DNA of 54,302 nucleotides from Polyangiaceae bacterium (GTDB taxonomy: Bacteria; Myxococcota_A; Polyangia; Polyangiales; Polyangiaceae): assembly GCA_044376115.1 (NCBI GenBank), contig JBILLK010000043.1, positions 1 through 54,302 of the forward strand, given 5' to 3'. Positions 9,464-18,327 of this stretch are shown here, one piece after another (the stretch's first letter is position 1; each line of letters begins with the position of its first letter). Made by a program: the position numbers and the translations under genes. The notes beneath the pieces are model-generated. The model did no database searches, was not told the DNA's origin, and saw only the letters and a program-made list of their open reading frames with translations.

Positions 9464-11233
9464 CTAGCCAGCGTCTTCGCGAGCCCAGTCTTTGGTCTCG
9501 AAGTAGTAAGCCCCGTCGATGTCGAAGGCGTCGTCGAAGGCGAGCCAGGTCGACCAGCCGCAAGCGCAGTTGAAGTCCACTGTGCCCCAAGCATCGCCGT
9601 TCATGCGGCAGCCCTCGACGTGGCGCTCCTCGGTCGTCGGCTGTGCGCAACGCAGGCAGCGCAGGCCTCCGCGCCAGAAGGCCTTCCGTTCACTCAGCTC
9701 GGAGACGCGCACGGGCTGCGAAAGCTGGCCCGCAGCCGAACGACTGAGCAGCGCGTGCGGCACCGCCAGCTGGACGATCTCGGCCTCGCCCAGCCAGTCC
9801 GGGCGCTGGCCGCGTACTCGCGTCGCGTGGACGTCGCAAAGGCCGAGGGCCCAGCGTTGCGCGGTCTGCTCGAGCGGAGGAGCGGGATCGATGCGTGAGA
9901 GCAGCCGGCCCCCCGGCTGTCCGGCGTCCGGCGGCGGGGGATCGTAACAATCGGCTTCGCTACCGCTGGCGACGATCGTGAGATCGAGGTCGTTCCGGGC
10001 ACTTTGGGGGCCTGCCAGGCGTGGCGCGAAAAACAGCGCTACAGAGCCCCACGGCCTCGGGGTCGTCTGCAGCGTCACCGGCAGATGCTTGTTCTGCTCC
10101 CCGTCGACGCCGTACGAACCTCGGGTCAAATAGCGCTGCGGAAACAGCACAAACGCCCCTCGCTGGGCCTCGAGCAACTGCTTCCACGCTGGCGTCACCT
10201 GCTCCTCGGCGATCGGCTCGGCTAGTTCGATCGGGGTGTCAGCGGCGAACACCGCACCCAGCCTTTGTGCGCGCACCGCCCACGCCTCGATCAGCACTGC
10301 GTCGGTGCGGGGGTCGAGCCGGTGGGGCGTAACCACCACACGCGTACGCAGTGGCTCGAGCTGCGCGAGCAACTCGTCGCTCGGTTGCTCGAGCAGCGTG
10401 CGTGGGCAATGAACGAGCGCGAAGGAGCTAGAACGCGAGAGTCGCAGCAGGTCGCGTATCAGCGGCTCGATCGCACGTGTGCTTGGTGCCGCGTAGAGCA
10501 TGCCCAGGAGCTCGGCTAGCTTCGCTTCAACCTCGGCAATGAGCGATCGGATCTTGCGTAGCAGCCGCTCGGCGCTCTCCTTCGGCGTGCGGCTCGCGGA
10601 ACTCCAGCCGTCTGGTTCGAGAGCCGCCAGGGCGACCAGACGAGCCGCCAGCGGTCTTGAACCTTGGTGGGAGTCACCGTCGCGAACGATCCGCTCGACC
10701 CAGGCGTGAAGCTCGTCGCAGAGTGGAAGGCCGCTGCGAGCGCGCGTTCGCTGCAGCTCGCTTCGAATCACTCGCGCCGGTTCACTCGACGGCCGAGTCG
10801 CGAACTCGAGCGGCCGCATTCCGCTGGCGGTTAGCGCGAGGAGAACCTCCCAATGCGCCTGCGGATCGACGAACTCATGCGCAGGATGGTCTTCGGTGAG
10901 GCGCGTGGCCTGCATCGTGATTCGAAATACGTTGAGGCCATTCAGGAGCGCAAAGAGCTCAGCGCCGAGCTGCGGCGCTTGAATCAGCTGGTGGGGGTCG
11001 AGCGAGTCCGGGCGGCTGATCGTGAGGCTAGCGCTACCCTCCAATGGATCGTCCGGATCGAGCAAGTGTTCTGCTGGGAGATCGAACTCGAGAGCAATGC
11101 TCGCCGCCTTCAACATGGCGGTTGGTTTGCCATGCTCAACGACCAGCCAATCTCCAGGCTCGAGATCGGTGCTGGTCCCTTCGGGCGCCAGGTCCGCCAG
11201 GACGACGATCGGAGTGGCTGGCTGTGTCGTCAT
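9464..11233 (-). CDS. Divergent TssB-TssC (T6SS contractile sheath)-like fusion with C-terminal Cys4 domain
   Basis: TssB-like IVVLADL...LTISRPDSLDPHQLIQ; TssC-like IRSLIAEVEAKL, DAVLIEAWAVRAQRLGAVFAAD, WKQLL..QRYLTRGSYG and PWGSVALFFAPRL; C-terminal CLRC...CACG. Confidence 0.6.
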   Translation of the reverse strand: MTTQPATPIVVLADLAPEGTSTDLEPGDWLVVEHGKPTAMLKAASIALEFDLPAEHLLDPDDPLEGSASLTISRPDSLDPHQLIQAPQLGAELFALLNGLNVFRITMQATRLTEDHPAHEFVDPQAHWEVLLALTASGMRPLEFATRPSSEPARVIRSELQRTRARSGLPLCDELHAWVERIVRDGDSHQGSRPLAARLVALAALEPDGWSSASRTPKESAERLLRKIRSLIAEVEAKLAELLGMLYAAPSTRAIEPLIRDLLRLSRSSSFALVHCPRTLLEQPSDELLAQLEPLRTRVVVTPHRLDPRTDAVLIEAWAVRAQRLGAVFAADTPIELAEPIAEEQVTPAWKQLLEAQRGAFVLFPQRYLTRGSYGVDGEQNKHLPVTLQTTPRPWGSVALFFAPRLAGPQSARNDLDLTIVASGSEADCYDPPPPDAGQPGGRLLSRIDPAPPLEQTAQRWALGLCDVHATRVRGQRPDWLGEAEIVQLAVPHALLSRSAAGQLSQPVRVSELSERKAFWRGGLRCLRCAQPTTEERHVEGCRMNGDAWGTVDFNCACGWSTWLAFDDAFDIDGAYYFETKDWAREDAG

Positions 11234-11426
11234 TGGACTCAGGGGCGGCCAACAACGCAGAGCGCGTCGATAGCTCGCCCTTCGCATACTAGCGCGACGC
11301 GCGCTGCGCGATCGCTCCTCAAGCCGCACGGAGCCTGAGCGGCGACCTCTTTAGGCGAAATGCGCGCGGGGAGGTCAAGCTCTGTGAGAGGCTCCACTCT
11401 TCCGGTGGACCTAACCGCGTGGGGTA

Positions 11427-12308
11427 ATGACCGGGACGACCCAAGTGATGAAGGCCTTTTTGCTCCGTCTGGCGTACGCCAACGTGATCGTCGCGCTCGG
11501 CGGCCTCGGCTACTCGGTGATGGCGTGCGTGCTCGCGGGTATCACGCCCAGGGTGGAATACGTTTGGCCTGGCTTCACCACGATCTTTGCTGCGTACAAC
11601 TTCGACAAGTGCGCGCGGCTCGATCCGCAAGACGCCATCAACGATCCGGAGCGCTCTCTGTTCATCGCCCGCTATCGCTGGGTGTTGGTGGCGTTGGCCG
11701 TACTCGGGCTGTTGGTTGGTGGCGTGCTCTCGGCGCGCGCGGGAGCCCTCGGTGTGGTGCTCTACCTGTCGCCCTTCATCGGTGCAGTGCTTTATACCTT
11801 GCCGGTCGTGCCAACCCGCAAAGGGATGGTGAAGATCAAAGAAGTCACCGTGCTCAAGAGCGTGTGGGTGGCGTCGGCCTGGGGCTTTGGCCCGGGGCTG
11901 CTGCCATTGGTGTTGGCCGGGGCTGCGCTCGACTACGTGGCCTTCGCAGCTCTCGTTTTCACCACCGTTCGAGTGTTCGTCAACACGGTGTTCTTCGATC
12001 TCGGTGACATCGCCGGGGATCGTGCCGAGGGGGTAGCAACGATCCCGGTTCGCTTCGGGTTCTTGGCTACGCGCCGCATGCTCAACCTGCTGAACCTTGG
12101 GTTCGGGCTAGGGATGCTTGGGCTCACGCTGGGCGGCTGGCTACCGCCGATCGCCCACGTCTTCAACGGACTCACGCTCTACGCTGCGTTCTACCTCTCG
12201 CGGGCGAAGAGCGAGCAGTCGGAGATTGGCTTTACTTGCGATGTCGTAGCCGACGGCGAGGGGTTCGTAGGGGCGCTCGCGTGCCTTGCCGTGCTCGCGT
12301 TGAGCTAA
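11427..12308 (+). CDS. UbiA-family prenyltransferase
   Basis: Multi-pass membrane protein with Asp-rich motifs YNFDK....D..D..NDPER and FFDLGDIAGDRAEGVATIP. Confidence 0.85.
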   Translation: MTGTTQVMKAFLLRLAYANVIVALGGLGYSVMACVLAGITPRVEYVWPGFTTIFAAYNFDKCARLDPQDAINDPERSLFIARYRWVLVALAVLGLLVGGVLSARAGALGVVLYLSPFIGAVLYTLPVVPTRKGMVKIKEVTVLKSVWVASAWGFGPGLLPLVLAGAALDYVAFAALVFTTVRVFVNTVFFDLGDIAGDRAEGVATIPVRFGFLATRRMLNLLNLGFGLGMLGLTLGGWLPPIAHVFNGLTLYAAFYLSRAKSEQSEIGFTCDVVADGEGFVGALACLAVLALS

Positions 12309-12337
12309 ACGCTCGCGGAGCTGGGCGCGTTTGCGGC

Positions 12338-13555
12338 TTAGTCCTGCCAGGGCTCGACCACGATCTCGAAGCGTCCGAAGTCGAACGGCAGGCCGGGCGC
12401 GGCCTCGACCTTCTGCAGGCGCTCTCGCTCTCCGCGGCGCCGCAGCTGCGTCACGCGGTGGTAGCAGAAGGGGTTGTTGCCCGGCTTGCCCAGCGTGGTG
12501 TGCGCCATCCAAGTGCAGCCGCCCTTGCACGCGTCGGCGTAGTAGCAGGTCTTGCAGAAGCCCCACAGCTCGTCCTTGGTGCGGTGCCGGGCAAAACCGA
12601 CGACGCGATCTTGCTCCCAGATCTGTTCGAGCGAGAGGTCCTTCACGTTCGAACCGCGGTACGGGGTCGGCAGGGTAGGGCAGGCCTTGATGGTGCCGTC
12701 CGACTCGATGCCGAGCGTGTGTTTGCCCGCTTTGCAGCTCGCGAAGTGCGACTCGCTGCTGAGCGGCCGTGAGCGCAGCACCTGCTCGTGCGGGCCGAAG
12801 TAGCCGATGTTGTTGCTGGGCATGATGGCGAAGGGCTGCCCCACTTCTCCCGCTGCGCGCCAGGCTTCCACCGCCTCGAGTTGCAGCTTCGCCAGCGTGT
12901 CGATGATCGGTACCACCTGCCACGGATCGACGATCCATTCGGGGTGATCGGCGGCGCGCCCGAGCGGGCCGGTGAGCTGCACCTGCCACGCGACCACGCC
13001 GCGAGCCTGATACGCCCGGGCCATCTCTGGGAGCACCTGCAGGTTGAGCTTGTTGATCTGCGACGTGACGGTGACCATCAGCCCCGCCGCGCGGCTCGCG
13101 TCGATCGCCCGCATACACGCGGCGTAGCTGCCGAGGTTGCCGCGCAACTTGTCGTGGATCTGCGCTGTGCCGTCGACCGAGACGCCCACGCCGGTGAGCC
13201 CCGCGTCGCGGAAGCGCCGCGCGCGCTCCTCCGTCCACGCGCGTCCGCCGGTTTGCAACACGACCTGAATGCCGTGCTCGGAGAGCGCCCGCACGATCGC
13301 CTCGCAGTCGGGGCGGAGATACGCCTCGCCGCCGATCAGCACCACCTCGCGCGTCCCGAGCCGCGCGAGCGACGCCGCGACCTCGAGCATTTGCGCGGTG
13401 TCGAGCTCGCCCTCGCGGGCGCGGCCAGCGCGCGAACCGCAATGCGCGCAGGGCTGGTCGCACTTCATCGTGACCTCCCAGACCACATAGATCGGGATGG
13501 CTTGATCGACCTCGTCCGGCTGAATCCTCCGGCGCAGTTCGACAGTTTGGGGCAT
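12338..13555 (-). CDS. Radical SAM/SPASM maturase, PlpX/TIGR03913-like (splicease candidate)
   Basis: VWEVTMKCDQPCAHCGSRAG (CxxxCxxC), LIGGEAYLR, SVDG and NNIGYFGP; SPASM cysteines CKAG...DGTIKACP, LWGFCKTCYYADACKGGC and NNPFCYHR. Confidence 0.88.
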   Translation of the reverse strand: MPQTVELRRRIQPDEVDQAIPIYVVWEVTMKCDQPCAHCGSRAGRAREGELDTAQMLEVAASLARLGTREVVLIGGEAYLRPDCEAIVRALSEHGIQVVLQTGGRAWTEERARRFRDAGLTGVGVSVDGTAQIHDKLRGNLGSYAACMRAIDASRAAGLMVTVTSQINKLNLQVLPEMARAYQARGVVAWQVQLTGPLGRAADHPEWIVDPWQVVPIIDTLAKLQLEAVEAWRAAGEVGQPFAIMPSNNIGYFGPHEQVLRSRPLSSESHFASCKAGKHTLGIESDGTIKACPTLPTPYRGSNVKDLSLEQIWEQDRVVGFARHRTKDELWGFCKTCYYADACKGGCTWMAHTTLGKPGNNPFCYHRVTQLRRRGERERLQKVEAAPGLPFDFGRFEIVVEPWQD

Positions 13556-13626
13556 AACGTTGACGCTACCACCGCTTGAAGAGAAGCGCTTGACAAGCCC
13601 CGTGGGTCGCCGCTCCACTCAAACTC

Positions 13627-14013
13627 ATGACGCCCTTCATCGCTTGCCCTTCCTGCTCCTGCCACGTCGCTCCGCACGAACTCGAGTGCCCGCATTGCGG
13701 TGCTGCGACGAAGGACAAGAGCGGCTCGCCGGTGAAGACCGTGGCGGCCGTCCTGCTCGGCCTCACCACGGCGATCGTTGCGTGCAGCGAGCCGAGCGAC
13801 GCGTATGGTGCGCCGGGCGGCTACTCAGAGGGCGGCGCTGGCGGTGCGAGTGAAGGCGGCGCCGGAGGTTCAGGCGGCGCAGCGGCTGGCGGCGCAGCCG
13901 CCGGCGGTGCAGCGACCGGCGGCGCTGGAGGTGCAGGCGGCGCAGCGGCGGGCGGCGCAGCGGCTGGCGGAGCAGGCGGGGTGGGCGGCGCTGGTGGTGC
14001 GGGCGGCGGCTGA
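13627..14013 (+). CDS. Putative radical SAM substrate lipoprotein (Zn-ribbon, lipobox, AYG motif, Gly/Ala tail)
   Basis: CPSC..CPHC, hydrophobic stretch ending IVAC (Cys53), DAYGAP at residues 58-63, then GGAAA-type repeats; 71 bp from the divergent rSAM start. Confidence 0.75.
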   Translation: MTPFIACPSCSCHVAPHELECPHCGAATKDKSGSPVKTVAAVLLGLTTAIVACSEPSDAYGAPGGYSEGGAGGASEGGAGGSGGAAAGGAAAGGAATGGAGGAGGAAAGGAAAGGAGGVGGAGGAGGG

Positions 14014-14108
14014 GCCGCAGTAGCGCCTTCCGATGATGGTCGCTGTGCTGAGGAGGATCCTCCGCTAGCGCTGTTTCTTCTTCTTGGCCCACACACTACC
14101 TTCGCCGC

Positions 14109-15491
14109 ATGAAGGTGAGCCTTGTATGGGGAGGCGCGCTGCTGCTCGCCGGGTGCAGCGGGTCGAGTGCGGTGCGCGAGGGGGAGACGTCGTCGGTCGC
14201 GGCCGTGGCGACAACGACGTCTGCGCTACCCAGCTCAATCGCGAGCGCAGCGGCGCCGGCGGCTTCGGTGCGTGTCCCGGCGAACGTCAGCGAGACGTTG
14301 GCGCTGTTGCCCAAAGACGCCGCCATCGTCGGCTTCATCCGGCCGGCGAGCGCGGATCGCCTGCTCGACTGGACCCCGCGAAAGCCTGAGTTGCGGGCCG
14401 AGCTGAAACAGAACTTCGGCTTCGATAGTGCGGCGTCGTTGCTCACGGACCTGGGCGTGGAGGTGGGCGCACCCATTGCGTTCGGGGTGCTGTCTCCGGA
14501 TCGCGCGGAGGCGCAAAAGCTCGTCGACGCGGTGATCAAGGCCAAGGACAACGAAGCTGTGCTCAAAGCCGAGAGAGCGTCGCCACCGAACGGGACGTTC
14601 CTACGCTTCGTTGGGCGCTCGAAGGCTGGTGTTGACGTGGTCCAAGCGCTCGAGAAGCACGCAAAGAAGTTCGGGCTGGCGGTCTCGCGCTGCCCCGACT
14701 CGAAGTTGTGTGCTGCCGTCAACGGAGCCAAGGTGGTGTTTACACTGCGCGGGTGGATGGGCGCGATTTACGTCGAGGGCGATCGCGTCGAACTCGAGCT
14801 CGTGCATTCGCGTGAACCGGAGCCGCGTCAGGCGGAGCTGCTCGCCGCACGCCGCAAATCCGCGCGCGGTGCTCCAGAGGGCCGCTGCACCAAGCTCAAC
14901 GCCGATGCTGACCTCTCGCTGTGTGTGGACGGCGATCGGGCGGGCGAGATGGGCGCAGCCACCGGGCTTTTGACTACTTTCTCGGCTGTCGCCGGCGGCT
15001 CGATCGATCAGGAGCAGGGAGCGCTGATCGCCAAGCAGGGTAAGGTTGAATCGCTGCGCAACATTGAGCTAGCCAATCCCAAGCGCAGGCTGCTCGACGA
15101 CGGCACCGTGTCGGTTACGTTGAGCGCCAAGGGCTTTGAGGCCCAGGGGAGCTGGGCGTTTAGCAAAGAGACCAAGCCTGCGTCGAAAGGCGCGGAGGCC
15201 GAGCGTTGTGTGTCGCTCGATGGCGTGATGAAGACGCTGCTGCCAGAGCTCCTTACGCGGATGGGCGATCTGGGCGACGACTTCAAGAAGCCGGAGGAGC
15301 GGTACATTCACCTGCGCGAGGCAGGTTGGGGCGGCTGGCTCGTGCTGTTCGCGCGCACCTGGCCCAACTTCTTGGGCGGCCTGAAGGACGGCGCGTTTGC
15401 CATCGGCAGGGTTCCGGTGAACAAGGTTTGCATGAGCACGTCCGCCGAGCGGCTGGAGCTCCGCATCGAGGGCGAGGCCGTTCCGTTCTAG
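14109..15491 (+). CDS. Hypothetical lipoprotein
   Basis: LLLAGC lipobox, Ser/Ala linker, 460-aa ORF. Confidence 0.75.
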   Translation: MKVSLVWGGALLLAGCSGSSAVREGETSSVAAVATTTSALPSSIASAAAPAASVRVPANVSETLALLPKDAAIVGFIRPASADRLLDWTPRKPELRAELKQNFGFDSAASLLTDLGVEVGAPIAFGVLSPDRAEAQKLVDAVIKAKDNEAVLKAERASPPNGTFLRFVGRSKAGVDVVQALEKHAKKFGLAVSRCPDSKLCAAVNGAKVVFTLRGWMGAIYVEGDRVELELVHSREPEPRQAELLAARRKSARGAPEGRCTKLNADADLSLCVDGDRAGEMGAATGLLTTFSAVAGGSIDQEQGALIAKQGKVESLRNIELANPKRRLLDDGTVSVTLSAKGFEAQGSWAFSKETKPASKGAEAERCVSLDGVMKTLLPELLTRMGDLGDDFKKPEERYIHLREAGWGGWLVLFARTWPNFLGGLKDGAFAIGRVPVNKVCMSTSAERLELRIEGEAVPF

Positions 15492-15543
15492 GAGCATCAA
15501 CGGTTCGTTTCTCGAGCTCCAACGTCGATGGCTGCGTGGCACC

Positions 15544-16023
15544 GTGCAGCTGCAATTCGAATCCGAGCGCGATATGAGAGAAATCGCGAGTGCGCTCGGC
15601 GACAAGCTCTCGCTTCGAGTCCTCTGGCTCGGTTCACCTGTCATGGCGCATTGGTGGGTGGGCCTCTTGCTGCTGTTGGTCGGAACCTTCGGTGGAATGT
15701 TGCTGGCGATTGGCATCTCCAGAGAGGCCCTCCCCACCGTGGCACTCATCCTCGCGCCTGTGGTGACGCTCTGCTTCTGGCCATCGCGTGTCTGCGTCGC
15801 CGGTGGAGAACTCCACGTGTCATGGCTCCTGTGGAGGCGGACGACGAGTCTGTCGGAGATCACCTCGATGCGCATTCGAACCCTCGGAAACGTTCACTGG
15901 CTCCAACTCACCTTGAGGGGCGGTGATGAGCAGCGTGTCGGAGGACTCACGCGTTACGACGTCGACGACCTCGAGGTCGAGATCACACGCAACCGCCAGA
16001 CGCTCGGGCCGCCTGCCAGCTGA
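15544..16023 (+). CDS. Small membrane protein, possible bacterial PH-like domain
   Basis: Two hydrophobic helices followed by a beta-rich segment (RTTSLSEITSMR); start uncertain. Confidence 0.55.
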   Translation: MQLQFESERDMREIASALGDKLSLRVLWLGSPVMAHWWVGLLLLLVGTFGGMLLAIGISREALPTVALILAPVVTLCFWPSRVCVAGGELHVSWLLWRRTTSLSEITSMRIRTLGNVHWLQLTLRGGDEQRVGGLTRYDVDDLEVEITRNRQTLGPPAS

Positions 16024-16062
16024 GGGCAAGGCCGCGCACGCCTGAACGCGCAGACCTGCTGC

Positions 16063-16109
16063 TTGACTGCGACCATAACAGTGTTATGAGGGTGCATAAC
16101 ACTGTTATG
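16063..16109 (+). promoter_or_regulatory. Promoter with tandem TetR operators
   Basis: TTGACT -35 at 16063; perfect palindromes CATAACA-G-TGTTATG (16074-16088) and CATAACA-C-TGTTATG (16095-16109), 21 bp apart. Confidence 0.75.
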
Positions 16110-16721
16110 ATTGACGACGACGGACCCGACCTCATCTACCGCGCTCTGATCGCGGGGCGTCTCTCTGCGGAGGATCTTTCGGCGCGCAAGCTCGGCAGCT
16201 TCCTCGGGCGTACGACAGGCGCGGTCTACCACCGCTTTGGCTCGCTCGACGGCCTCTTGTTCGCGGTGAGTCAGCGCGGCTTCGCCGATCTCGGGGCGCG
16301 CGTTACCGACGTCTGGTCGCGCAAACACAGCCTCGCGGCCTGCGCCGTTGCGTTCGTGGAGTTCGGCCTCGACCATCCCTCGCTCTACGCGCTGATGTTC
16401 GAGCATCGCTTCGATTGGGCGGCGCTCCGCGCGATCGGCGCCTTCGAGCAAGCGACGCCGGGCAGCCAGCTGCTCGCGGGCGTCGTCTGCTTGTTCGAGG
16501 AGAGCGGCTCCAAGACGGCCCTGCGCGATACGCGCCTGCTGATGGCGGGCCTGCACGGCATCGTTTCGTTTGCAGCGAGTGGCCGCATGAACACCGGTGA
16601 GCTGCAGTCGCCCGATCGCAGCATAGCGATCGCCTCCGCAAAGGATCTCGCCACACGCCTCTTCACGACCCCGACACCGGCCACGAACAAGCAAACCTCC
16701 AAGACCCGAGTCCGCCAATGA
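16107..16721 (+). CDS. TetR-family regulator (WHG-type C-terminal domain)
   Basis: LSARKLGSFLGRTTGAVYHRFGS HTH, HPSLYALMF and AGLHGIVS; start may be 16086 or 16107. Confidence 0.85.
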   Translation: MIDDDGPDLIYRALIAGRLSAEDLSARKLGSFLGRTTGAVYHRFGSLDGLLFAVSQRGFADLGARVTDVWSRKHSLAACAVAFVEFGLDHPSLYALMFEHRFDWAALRAIGAFEQATPGSQLLAGVVCLFEESGSKTALRDTRLLMAGLHGIVSFAASGRMNTGELQSPDRSIAIASAKDLATRLFTTPTPATNKQTSKTRVRQ

Positions 16722-17928
16722 CCACCCTTTCCGATCCCTTGAAGCTGGCCCACGGGCCCACGCTGCGCAATCGCATCGCCAAGAGCGCAATGAGCGAGCG
16801 ATTGGCGCTTGCGGACGGGCGCGTCAGCGCAGAGCTTGTCGCGCTTTACCGGCGTTGGGCTGCGAGCGGCGCCGCGCTCCTGATCACCGGGAACGTGATG
16901 GTGGATGCGCGCGCGCTCGGTGAGAGCGGCAACGTCTTCGTCGAAGATGAGCGCGATCTATCGAGGCTTCGCGCGTGGGCCGAAGCAGCCAAGTCCCAGG
17001 GTGCGGCGGTGATGATGCAGATCAACCACCCCGGAAGGCAGGCGCCGCGCACGATCAGCAAACACCTGGTCGCGCCGTCAGCGGTAGGCCTCAAGGGGCC
17101 GGGCCGCTGTTTGCGATCCCGCGCGCCCTCCTGGCGAGCGAGGTCGAGGAGATCATCGCTCGCTTCGCCGAGGCGGCGCGCATCGCAGAGAAGGCCGGCT
17201 TCGACGGCGTACAAATCCACGGTGCGCACGGCTACCTCGTGAGCCAGTTCCTCTCGCCGTACACCAACCGCCGAGAGGACGCGTGGGGAGGGGACGCAGT
17301 GCGCCGCCGTCGGTTCTTGATCGAGCTCGTACGTGCCATACGTGCCGCCGTGAGTGACGGCTTTGCGGTCGGTCTCAAGCTCAACTCAGCGGACTTTCAG
17401 AAGGGCGGCTTCGACGAGACCGAGTCGCTGGCGTTGGTCGAAGAGCTCGATCGCGAGCAGCTCGACTTCGTCGAGGTCTCCGGGGGGACCTACGAGACGG
17501 CGAAGATGTTCGAGGAGACGGTGCCAACCCGAGAGAGCAGCAAGCGGCGCGAGGCGTTTTTTCTCGACTACGTGGAGAAGGCGCGAACGCGCATCCGTTG
17601 TCCGCTCATACTCACCGGCGGCTTTCGTACGCTCGCCGGCATGCAGCACGCGCTCGCTGGAGGCGCAGTCGACATCATCGGTCTCGCGCGGCCGATGGCC
17701 GTGGAGCCTGATCTGCCCAAAGCGTTGCTTTCGGGTGAGCGCAGCGAGGCTAGGCCGGTGAAGCTCGCGACCGGGATCGCCAACCTCGACTCGGTCATCC
17801 AAGGAAGTTGGTACCAGACCCAGATCGACCGAATGGGCCGAGGCAAGGAGCCGTCTCCCGCGCTCGGCAGGTGGCTGCCGGTGATGCGCTATCTTTCCTC
17901 GCGACGCGTCAGCGAGCTCCGCGCCTGA
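16718..17928 (+). pseudogene. NADH:flavin oxidoreductase (Old Yellow Enzyme family), frameshifted near 17095-17098
   Basis: NRIAKSAMSE and QINHPGRQ in one frame; GFDGVQIHGAHGYL and KLNSADF in the next. Adding one G to the GGGG run restores the frame. Confidence 0.85.
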
Positions 17929-18011
17929 CGTACTCGCAAGGCCCAGCTACGTCGAGCTGGTCTGTGCTACGGCATGCCGCCGAGGCTCTGACATCCGACG
18001 CAAAACTCTTA

Positions 18012-18037
18012 GCGCTCCAGGCGGGATTCGAACCCGC
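18012..18037 (-). other. tRNA 3' fragment (T-arm plus acceptor 3' strand), att-like
   Basis: Minus strand reads GCGGG-TTCGAAT-CCCGC-CTGGAGC-G-C; no D-arm or anticodon arm upstream. Confidence 0.6.
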
Positions 18038-18327
18038 AAAGCGCGCGCAAAGGGCTCATTTGGGAAAACTCGCTTCCCTGCGCAAACCTCGTGAGCCTGC
18101 GCCCGGTGCATCCGCAACCCTGAGCCCACCCCACCTCGCTTCACCGATCCGCGAGCAGCACCCACGGGGGATCCACGAAGCAGGTCAACACGCCCCTTTT
18201 TACGGTGCCGGTTCCGTTTTCCGGTGCTCGTCCCTTGAGCGTCTGGAGCGAAGGGACCGACGGAGCGGGACCTTCAGAGCTGACCAGCCTAACCGCTTTG
18301 TTTTGAAGGTAGGTCGAGTTCGAGTCG

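Noticed and set aside
9464..11233. Functional T6SS or contractile injection system locus
   Set aside because: There are no Hcp, VgrG, baseplate, membrane complex or ClpV genes in the window, only the orphan sheath-like gene.
18012..18090. Complete tRNA gene
   Set aside because: Only the T-arm and acceptor 3' strand are present; there is no D-arm, anticodon arm, matching 5' strand or CCA.
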